DNA of 63,061 nucleotides, counting the filler, from Welwitschia mirabilis (lineage: Eukaryota): assembly GCA_051453625.1 (NCBI GenBank). It is 7 parts of one record of this genome, joined end to end, with 100 filler letters (N's around TTAATTAATTAA, not from the genome) between each part and the next. Parts side by side here need not be neighbours in the genome. Positions count along the whole stretch, not along the records: positions 53,512 to 55,712 come from JBOZIK010000001.1; positions 55,813 to 59,104 come from JBOZIK010000001.1; positions 59,205 to 61,010 come from JBOZIK010000001.1; positions 61,111 to 63,061 come from JBOZIK010000001.1; 3 more parts are not named here. One strand, given 5' to 3'. Both the position numbers and the translations under genes were made by a program. Every line of letters begins with the position of its first letter. Position 1 is the first letter of the stretch. The notes beneath the pieces are model-generated. The model did not search any database, was not told the DNA's origin, and worked only from the letters and a program-made list of their open reading frames with translations. Shown one piece after another: positions 53,512 through 63,061 of the stretch.

Positions 53512-54457
53512 GGATATAGGCTTTGTGGATTCTCTCAAACCCCTTTCATGTGGAAAGCATTATATCTTAGTTGTAGTCAATTTTTCGATTAAAGCTATTT
53601 CTACATAGACTTATGATGCAAAAACTATTTGCCAATTTCTTAAATCAAAAATATTTCAAAGATTTGGATTTTCTAAGATTCTTATTTCTGATCAAGGTAC
53701 CCAATTTATTAATAAGATCCTCAAGAAACAATTGCTTTCATTTGGAATTAAACATAGAATAGCTAACTTGTACCATTCCCACTCAAATGGGCAAGCTAAA
53801 AATACTAATCATGAGATCAAGAAAGTACTCTTCAAACTCTGTCATAAATCTTAAAAATCATAGGTGCTTTATCTTAATGATGTCCTTTGGAATTATTATA
53901 AGACTTGGCATAATTCTTTAGGTTCCTCTCATTATGAACTTGTCTATGGAAAAACATGTGTACTTCCAATCAATGTATGCTATAATTTATACAAAATAGT
54001 TTATCAACTTGATGCTGTTTCTTATGTTAATAATCTTCAAGAATAATTAACTCAATTGAATCATCTTAATGAAAAAAAAACCCAAGCTCTTCATTTCCTA
54101 CTTATAGTTAAAGGCTAAGCCAAATATGAATATGATAAAAACCTTGTGCATAAAGACTTTCACCCTGACCAATATGTTTTACTCTTTCATGCTACAGTTT
54201 ATTTGATTCATAACCAAAAAACTTATAGATGGTTATGTCCATATCTAATTGACAAAGTGGATTCCAATGGTTCAGTTGAGATTTCTAAACTAAAAACTAA
54301 TGAAATTATGAAGGTAAATGGACAACATTTAAAGCATTATCAGTCATCTGATAATTACTCTTACTTAGTCAACATGATAGAAGTAGTTAAGTTAGAGGAC
54401 CCTTTTCTTAAAAAGGAGGATTTCCTCCCCTTTGTTATTATCTACATGACTTTTTAA
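53512..54457 (+). pseudogene. Ty3/gypsy (Athila-like) integrase remnant
   Basis: HYILVVV..IFQRFGFSKILISDQGTQFINK..YHSHSNGQAKNTNHEIKKVL; YELVYGKTCVLP; KVNGQHLKHY. Confidence 0.9.
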
Positions 54458-55456
54458 CTTAACCTATCTTGGATTCATTAGACTTCATAATCATCTTTCA
54501 CATGCCCAATGCTCTATCACTAAGATTCATAAAGTTCAACAAGTAATGGATTTGGTTTTATCTAAACTCAAGGTATTCAAATACCTATGAATCCTTGATG
54601 CTCATCAATTACTCATTAAAAAAGTTCAAATACCTTCAAAATAAAATAGAAATTGTGTTTAATTCTATGATGTTCTATCACAAGTACATCAAAGGGATAG
54701 TTGGCTTTCAGATCCATTCTCTTTTGATAGTGTGATATGATAGCTGTGGAGACTTCACTTAGGGGATAGTTCGTTATAATCGGGTTTTTACATAGGGATC
54801 CCTTCTCCTATGGTAGTGGTTAAACCTCCCTCACCATAAAATATAGTGTCTCTTTATACTCAATATTCCTCTCTAAATAAAACATCCAAAGAAGGAGGAG
54901 AAAGGAAAAAAAGAAAAAGGAAAATAAAAAGCACTCAAAAATTTTTATAAGTACATTAATGAACATCTCTTTATAATTACTTACTTCTAAATCTATTATC
55001 TTTAAAAGCATTATGTCATGTATATATTTCACATTAATTAGTATGACAATTATCCTATGTGGGTCTTGTTAGATTGGTATCTAGAATAAAAAGGACTAAA
55101 ATTCTTTATGTTATTTAAATCCATTTTCTTCAGAATTTAATAGTTAAGTTAAAAATTCTTAAAACCTAATTACATTATCTTAAAATTCTTATTAGGTTTA
55201 ATTCTTTAGCTAAGTTAAGTTATCTATTATGAACTCTATGCATTCTATTATTCAACTACTGGTTTTGAAAATCATTATAAACATGCTGAGGTTTAAATTT
55301 ATATGTATCAAACTTACAATGTCAAATTTTCATCTTCATCACCTCACAAATAATTTTCACCTCAATTTTCCATTATACCTAATATGATTTAAGCTTTCAT
55401 GATCTCTATCTGACTACCCAAACTTAGAAATCTGAATCTATCTTTCACATTTGCAC

Positions 55457-55644
55457 TGTCGTTTTAACTGACGTCCCCACGACAATGAGGATGACCATTG
55501 CTGACAACTGTCGCTGGCATAGTCGTGTCCACGACAAAGAACAACGACAGTTGTAAATCAACTGTCGTTTCAAATGTCGTGCCCACGACATACAAGACGA
55601 CCAGTGTCATTCCTCGTGTCGTCCCCATGACACAGAAGACGATA
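55457..55644. repeat. Cluster of four well-preserved 40-bp nested palindromes
   Basis: Four units of TGTCGT-N6-TGTCGT-N4-ACGACA-N6-ACGACA type in close succession. Confidence 0.85.
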
Positions 55645-55712
55645 ACAAAACCTTGAATTCAGCAAATTAATCACGTAATTCATGATCCTTACCTTCTTCT
55701 CAGTCTGAAAAC

Positions 55713-55812
55713 NNNNNNNNNNNNNNNNNNNNNNNNNNNNNNNNNNNNNNNNNNNNTTAATTAATTAANNNNNNNNNNNNNNNNNNNNNNNNNNNNNNNN
55801 NNNNNNNNNNNN
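55713..55812. other. Artificial scaffold spacer
   Basis: 44N-TTAATTAATTAA-44N. Confidence 0.97.
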
Positions 55813-56942
55813 ATGCAATCTTCATTACAATTTATAGCACTTAAGGTAATTTATAATATTTCTTATCTAAAGTAAAAATCCTATAAACAATAAGGCTAAT
55901 GTAATACATGAAGAATTATACAAAATCCTATCATCAACTCATCGTCCAAATGATTATACAAATGATAAAAAACTTAATCAAAGGAGGATGTTAACTAGAA
56001 TCGATCTGGTAGTTGATGTGAAATTCTTATGAGGTGGTATCATCTTTTGTATTATTGGACAATTAGCAGGATGATACAAGAAATAGATGTTTTACTAAAC
56101 CTCATCAAAGGCCATTTGTCTTATACTTTCTTACATGGTTATTAGGATTATTTACAAACTTGTTAATCTTGTTTATTTTTAGAATCTATTTTCCAAATAA
56201 ATATCTGCTTTACCCTTGATTCAATTTTATCTTTATTTGTACTAGAAATTCTTGTGATAAGAGATTAAAGGGCTAGAGATCCATCTATTATTGTTATGGA
56301 GAGATGTGTTCCTTAATGTTGGGATGTGCATCCTTTTTTGAAGTTCTGCTAATTTGTAATATGAATGTTGATTTTATTCTAATCAGTACTCTATTTTTCT
56401 TTCCATATCTTTATTTTTTGGATGTTCCTTATGATTTATGTTGCTTCTGATTTCATGAAAGCATCTTTAATGATATAGATCATGAGGACAACCTTTATTA
56501 AGATTGACATTATTAGTATAAATGCATTGTATTTACTTTTCTAAATTAACTTTACATAGTTTTTATATTTTGTGATAGCTTAGGTTGGTATCAATCTAGT
56601 TACGACTTTTCTTAATTAATCTAGATTATATAAGGCTAATGTTTCTAACAAGTTAATTTGGTAATCATATAGAAGTTCTACCTAGTTTAGACTTGAATTT
56701 CATTTGCACAAGTATGTTTGCATTTCTATTTTGGCTTTGTTATTTATTTCTACTTTAAGTATACAAAGCGTTTCATTTCTAAAATTAATTCTCTTTCTTC
56801 TTATTAGTGCCTTTAATGAGAATATGATATTTGAGTTACTTTCATCTATACTAGTGTATTGTATTATGTAAAATCTATATTTATCTGTGAATAACAAGAT
56901 CTACTTAAGAATGTAACATTTTCAGAAATACATACTGGAATA
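55813..56942 (+). repeat. Athila-like LTR lacking its 5' end, abutting a minus-strand Athila 3' UTR (56943-57830)
   Basis: The end ATCTACTTAAGAATGTAAC..ACTGGAATA matches the reverse complement of 44145-44190; 56943 onward matches 17581 onward. Confidence 0.7.
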
Positions 56943-59104
56943 GATACTCAAACTGATATATATAAACTAAGCAGTGATAACTCAAAATGATGTATATAAA
57001 TCCATTAGTGAATTTTAATTATAATTTACAAGCAAAAAATTAAATAATAATCATAATATTACTTCCTTTATTCATGATTTCTTGATATCCTAGATTACAC
57101 CTATAAGAATGTGCTATAATTATGCTATTATGGCCTACTAAATAATATTCATAATGCATATCACACAAATAATATAAAATCATAAATGGATCAGGACATC
57201 ATATATATGTATCATGAAAACATAAAGTGATCATCATAATTAAAAATTTTACTTAAATATCTCAAAGATTTCTTAGAAATTGATCCTGCCTTCCTCCCCT
57301 CCCCTCTCTTCTCGTCCCACCTTCTTCTTAATAAAATAATTAATATGTCCTATATTGTAATAAGTTAAAAGGAGTTGTGTTGTCCTCCTAGTTATCTGGA
57401 AAACATACACTAGACAACACTCAAAAAAAATAGGGTATAGAAAAATAATGAAGTCTAGGTAGAATTTAATAATCAAGAATAGCATCAATGATGGCTCAAA
57501 AAGTAGTCATAAATTTAAAATATGAGTAAAAGCTAAGAATCATCTTCTAAAGGATTATGATAAAAGAGCCAAAAATAGGAAAAGCTAAAGGCAATAGAAA
57601 AGGATCAAGTCATAGTAAAATACCAAAGACATAGAATCAATGCTAAATAAAATCCTCAAATTGCCTTAAACTCAATAAGCATTTAGGATTTTTTAAGTAG
57701 ATGTATGAAAAATTAAAAGTAAAGAAATGGAGAAAAAAACATTATAATGAAATGAAAGGAATACATTAATCAAAGTGAAAGGAATGCATCAATTAAAGTG
57801 CTAAAAGAAAAACAACTCTTATAGATAAAACCTATGAGTGAGTGTTGGTTGCCTAAATTGCACTTCAAAAATAGTTAATTATATAAATAAGAGAGTTACA
57901 ATTAGGCTTAGTATAAGGTGATGCAACCAATGAATATCATAATTTGAAGATCATAAGATAACATACTAANNNNNNNNNNNNNNNNNNNNNNNNNNNNNNN
58001 NNNNNNNNNNNNNNNNNNNNNNNNNNNNNNNNNNNNNNNNNNNNNNNNNNNNNNNNNNNNNNNNNNNNNNNNNNNNNNNNNNNNNNNNNNNNNNNNNNNN
58101 NNNNNNNNNNNNNNNNNNNNNNNNNNNNNNNNNNNNNNNNNNNNNNNNNNNNNNNNNNNNNNNNNNNNNNNNNNNNNNNNNNNNNNNNNNNNNNNNNNNN
58201 NNNNNNNNNNNNNNNNNNNNNNNNNNNNNNNNNNNNNNNNNNNNNNNNNNNNNNNNNNNNNNNNNNNNNNNNNNNNNNNNNNNNNNNNNNNNNNNNNNNN
58301 NNNNNNNNNNNNNNNNNNNNNNNNNNNNNNNNNNNNNNNNNNNNNNNNNNNNNNNNNNNNNNNNNNNNNNNNNNNNNNNNNNNNNNNNNNNNNNNNNNNN
58401 NNNNNNNNNNNNNNNNNNNNNNNNNNNNNNNNNNNNNNNNNNNNNNNNNNNNNNNNNNNNNNNNNNNNNNNNNNNNNNNNNNNNNNNNNNNNNNNNNNNN
58501 NNNNNNNNNNNNTGAGTGTTGGTTGCCTAAATTGCACTTCAAAAGTAGTTAATTCTATAAATAAGAGAGTTGCAATTAGGCTTAGTATAGGGTGATGCAA
58601 CCAATGAATATCATAATTTGAAGATCATAAGATAACATACTAATCAAGAACATAAATAAGAGAGAATAAAAAATCAAATTTTAGTCCAATATTTTAATGA
58701 ATTTTGTATTTTTATTATGTAAGAAGAAAAACAAACAATGCAACTATTCTAATGTGCAATGCAAAAAGGAATGAGAAATGAAGATGCAAGCTTATGATAA
58801 TCAATTTCTAAGTTGTTATCATTCAAGCTTAGCCCATATGACCTATATTTAAATTAAATTTAATCTAAATAATAGCATTAATCAAACATCAACATAAGCG
58901 ATAAGAGAAATAAGATTAATTAAAGAAGAAAGAAATTTTATTGAATAATTAAATGTCTTTCAAAATACCTCAGTAAGGCAGTGTTTCCTCAATATTATAA
59001 GCATAGTGTAATCACCAAGAATGATCTCCCCTATGTTGAAATGGACTCTTGACTTCTTAGATGCCGTTGTTGCTAATTCTTCAATGTTAAAAAATGACTA
59101 AATG

Positions 59105-59204
59105 NNNNNNNNNNNNNNNNNNNNNNNNNNNNNNNNNNNNNNNNNNNNTTAATTAATTAANNNNNNNNNNNNNNNNNNNNNNNNNNNNNNNNNNNNNNNN
59201 NNNN
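59105..59204. other. Artificial scaffold spacer
   Basis: 44N-TTAATTAATTAA-44N. Confidence 0.97.
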
Positions 59205-61010
59205 TGTATAAAGGTGAAAGCTTCTGGTAGCTTTTGATCTGTGAGGTAATTTACCAATGTGTCATACCATTCATCTATTATTTTAGGATCTTTGACTAGT
59301 ACCTCATCTCATGGTAATTCCAAATAGGCTACCATTAGCTGTTGATCTAAAAAATTTTGATTCACATCTACACATGTGACAAATTCTTTAAACGATGGAT
59401 CCTTAAAACAAGTTTGAGCAAAGTTTGCAAGATAATTGGTGAATTGATTTTCACTTCTTGGGATGGCTAGGATTTCACAATGGTCAAACGTGGAAAGTAA
59501 CTTTCTCACCTTTTCAAGGTAAAGACTTAAAACTTTCGATTTCGCTTCATACTTACTTAACACTTGGTTTATTACTAGCTGTGAATCACTGAAGATGCAT
59601 AAAATCTTAAAACTAACTTGAATGATAAGGATTATTCCTCTTGACAAGGCTTCATATTTGGCAATGTTATTTGTGCAAGGAAAATTTAGTTTGAAGGAGA
59701 ATAGTAAACTTGTTTTATTACTTAAAAAGAAGACTACTCCTGCAAAACCACCATTTCTATTTGATGCACCGTCAAAGAACATTAATGCATCATAATTGTT
59801 TTTGATTTTAACAAAGTGGATTTCTTCATCTAGAAATTGTTCAGATTTATCTAATATTTCATCCTCAGTTTCTACTGGTAAATCCACTATCTATTCAACT
59901 ATGCATTTACCTTTGATAGATTTTTGGGACTGAAATTCCAAGTCGAACTCAGTGAGAATTGATGCCTACTTTGTTAGACGATTACTTCTAGTAGAATATT
60001 CAAGTAAATGTTTGAGTTAGTTCTGGTTATTGATCACAAATGGTCTTATTTGTTATCATGTAATGGTGAAATTTATGTAAAGTAAAGACTAAGCTCAGAC
60101 ACGCTTTCTCTGCTTCAGTGTAGTTTTTCTCATATTGATGAAGTATTCTACTGATATAGTAAATGGGGTGATCTCGGTGTAGCTCATCTTATTAAAAAAT
60201 CATTACACTAAGTGATGATGTCATGTATGCAAGGTAAAGGTAAAAGGATTAATCAGGTTTTGGTGGACTTAAAACAGGGATGGATGTCAAGTATTCCTTA
60301 ATCTTATCAAAAGCTTTTTGGCAGTTTTCACTCCATTTGAACTAGTTGTCCTTCTTGAGTAGATGCATGAAAGGCTTACATTGATCTGTCAAAGTTGAAA
60401 TGAATTAATGTATAGCTTGTAGCATACCTTAAAGGCTACGTAACTATTTCAAGTTGTGGGGCAGTGGCATGTATGTGATTGCTTTAATCTTTTCTGGGTC
60501 GATCTCAATTCCTCGTTTCGAAACCATAAAGCCTAAAATCTTTCCTGAGGGTACACCAAAAACATACTTCATTAGGTTGAGTCATAAATCATATCACTTC
60601 ACTTGCTTAAAGAGTTGTTTCAAATCAGTTGAATGATCGTCTACCATCTTTGATTTTACTACGACATCATCAATATAATCTTCTACATTGTGATGTATCA
60701 GGTTGTGAAATATATGTGTCATTACTCGCTGGTATGTTGTACCCGCATTCTTCAGTCCAACAAAAGGCATCATGACATAATAAAAAAGTCCCCGGGGTGT
60801 TATAAAGATAGTTTTGTGTTGATTTTTAAGATTGATAAATATTTGGTTATAACCTAAATAACCATCCATCAAGGATAGGAGGTCATAGCTAGCTGTGTTG
60901 TCTACCAAAATGTCAATGTTTGGTAAAGGGTAATCATCTTTTAGAGTTATCTTGTTTAGGTCTCAATAATTGACACAGATCATAATTTGACCATTTTTCT
61001 TTGGAACAAC
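59205..61010 (-). pseudogene. Tat/Ogre-type Ty3/gypsy pol fragment: RT, RNase H, additional RNase H
   Basis: RT LSLMDGYLGYNQI..MPF.GLKNAGTTYQR..VEDYIDDVVVKS; HPIYYISRILHQYEKNYTEAEKACL; additional RNase HI in ORF 59309-59887 (FFDGAS..CTNNIAKYEAL..DSQLVINQV..IPRSENQ). Confidence 0.92.
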
Positions 61011-61110
61011 NNNNNNNNNNNNNNNNNNNNNNNNNNNNNNNNNNNNNNNNNNNNTTAATTAATTAANNNNNNNNNNNNNNNNNNNNNNNNNNNNNNNNNN
61101 NNNNNNNNNN
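61011..61110. other. Artificial scaffold spacer
   Basis: 44N-TTAATTAATTAA-44N. Confidence 0.97.
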
Positions 61111-61251
61111 TGAATTATATGATAAACTGCATGTTTTTGTCTTGTGCTCCTTGATTGTCAATAGTCATAGAAACTGAGCATTTATCTTTTAGTTTATCTA
61201 CAAAACAACTCAAAATACCTTATCAAATACACTTAAGTTGGCGGCGCAACA
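61111..61251 (-). repeat. 5' end of an Athila-like LTR
   Basis: Matches 30532-30673; minus strand starts TGTTGCGCCGCCAACTT. Confidence 0.85.
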
Positions 61252-63061
61252 GTTACCCTTGATATTAGTGGTTAATCACCCACTTATTCCTTAGTCTATA
61301 ATAGGTTTGATCATGTGGTTGGTTACTCTGGAAGTGGTTTTTAACTAACTAGAAGTTTGGTTGTCCCATTGTAAAGCTGTAGTTGCCCAGGATTGAAGTA
61401 GTTTTAACTTTATTGAAAGTCCATTTGCTTGGATATATGGCACAGTCGCCCAGTGCTAGAAAATCTTTACAAAATAATTATCTTCACAAAAACTTATTAA
61501 TTAATCAATGATAATAAGTTCTTTCAACAAACCTTCCCTTTGTTATTAATTAAAGAAAATAATATTTAAAAGTAATAATCCTCATTAATAAAATAATTTA
61601 ATAATCAATTCATATTAATACAAGTTTTATAGGAGAAACAGAAGAAAAAATAACTTAATCAGAAAAGAGTTTTCATTTGCACAAAAACATGTTTTATATT
61701 AACTAAAAGATTGAAAATTTAATACATTTGAAAGATGACATTTTGGCCATTAATTTTTCACTAAATTACATTTGAAGAACGCAACTTTTCTTCCCCTTTT
61801 TAATGAAATCAAGGATAGGGGGTACAAAAAGATAAAGATACAAGATTAAATTCAATTAGAGAATTCTTCAAAAGACTAGGCTTCCTCTCTCTGAGAAGTA
61901 TCAGCTACAGTATATCACTAGAAATGAGTGCAATATTGATGTGCCAAGCATGAGAGTTAAGCTGGTGTAACAGGTGAAAAATCTCTATAGTATGAAAGGC
62001 CTTGACCTTGGACCTAAAATGAGTAGCAGGCTCTTCAAAGATGTGCATTCTAGAGAGCATGGCATAGTCAATAAACCCCATGGGCTTCTGAACCTCCTAT
62101 CAAGAAAGATGTAACATGTTGAAGTACTAACAAATCAATAATAAGAAAGGGATATGACAAGGAGTGCTTCTTATAAGGCCAAAGCTATTTAGCCATGTGC
62201 TTGAGCATGATGCCAAGAGCATCAATGTCATGTCTCTGATCCATCAAGTAAAGAGGGAATACTCGATAGTTGGATAGTTCATCTATATGCCCAGTAATAG
62301 GAGAAAAATTATAAAAAAGTATTAAGTATAGAAGACAAAACATAGGAAGAAGGCAAGAAGCTTTAAGAGTTTTCTTCTACATAATGAATATGCCACACAA
62401 ATGCTAAGTGGTAACTTCCTTTTCTTCAAAAGATTTAGCCATGGTTCAATATTCTCTCATGTTTTCTTGAGATAATTCGATGAGAAAAGCTATTAGATCA
62501 GCATTGATGTGCATCTCATGAACAAAGATAGAGGTAATGAAAGTGGAGTGGGCAGCATCAAATCAAGCATTAGAATAAAATAACCTAATAACTAATGGAT
62601 AGCAAGTTCTAGAAACATGAAAAAGATAATTCTAGTTTACCTCTTTATGAAGAGTCTGAACTTCTCTCAGACTAAGGAACTACATAGGTTCACAAGTCCT
62701 CTCTAATGCAATCGGGCTAGACTCAAAATGCTTTTCAAAGTACCCTATTTTCTCTGAACTCATTCTCGCAAAAATGTATCTTAGAGATTTAATAGCAGAC
62801 TCCTTTCTTATCTTTTTAAAACCCTCTTTAGACTATTGAGAATCCATTTGAAGATCAAATTTGAAGGGAAAAAACATGGGAGAGGAGAAGAATAGGTCAC
62901 AGAAGCTTAAAAAAATAAGGGTTTGAAAAATATGGGTGGATTTAAAAAACTATTATGTACTACCTTAAATGCAGGTAACCGATCGATGTGGTTAGTCAAC
63001 CCATGTAAAATTTTAAAATTTAAATAGTAAGGTAGTAGCCGACCATATAAGAAAAGTAATT
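61252..63061 (-). mobile_element. 3' region of a Sirevirus-like element (env-like ORF, purine tracts, start of 3' LTR at 61529)
   Basis: Minus strand AAAAAGGGGAAG near 61790 and ACAAAGGGAAGGTT|TGTTGAAAG at about 61520-61545, resembling the Sirevirus AAAGGGGGAGATTGTT PPT/LTR junction. Confidence 0.55.
61853..62847 (-). pseudogene. env-like/extra ORF remnant (putative plant transposon protein-like domain)
   Basis: Translates through stops as CYPLVIRLFYSN..FITSIFVHEMHINADLI..NFSPITGHIDELS..LYLM..IDALGIMLKHM..LSYPFLIIDLL. Confidence 0.7.

Noticed and set aside
55457..55644. CRISPR-like array of palindromic repeats
   Set aside because: Units are degenerate with spacers of only a few nt, there are no cas genes, and the motif is part of a plant retrotransposon.
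15198..58600. Long ORFs in the track (for example 15198-16136, 23984-24913, 33377-34090, 48849-49694, 57908-58600)
   Set aside because: They are open only because they run through N gaps.
1..63061. Species identification and host protein-coding exons
   Set aside because: Only transposon remnants are recognisable. The lineages indicate a land plant, but nothing supports a species call or a spliced host gene.

Overview
Very AT-rich, gappy draft plant sequence made almost entirely of old, nested LTR retrotransposons. I found no intact host gene, RNA gene or CRISPR array. Six artificial 100-nt spacers (44N-TTAATTAATTAA-44N) split the window into seven scaffolds, so adjacency across them is not guaranteed. 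Three lineages are recognisable. (1) A dominant Ty3/gypsy Athila-like family with LTRs reading TGTTG..AACA and a tRNA-Asp-type PBS; it includes one structurally complete element (16119-27730, minus), a pol-less gag-PR derivative, an env-like-ORF-bearing copy, solo and deleted LTRs, and a 40-bp nested palindrome repeated through its non-coding parts. (2) Ty1/copia Sirevirus-like gag, pol and env-like/PPT/LTR pieces. (3) A Tat/Ogre-type pol with an additional RNase H. The most notable signals are heavy C>T/G>A decay that also hits non-CG (CAA) sites, the palindrome array, and an unexplained CpG-rich, strand-skewed duplicated island at about 32.4-35.1 kb. All alignments and translations were done by eye, and many boundaries are approximate.
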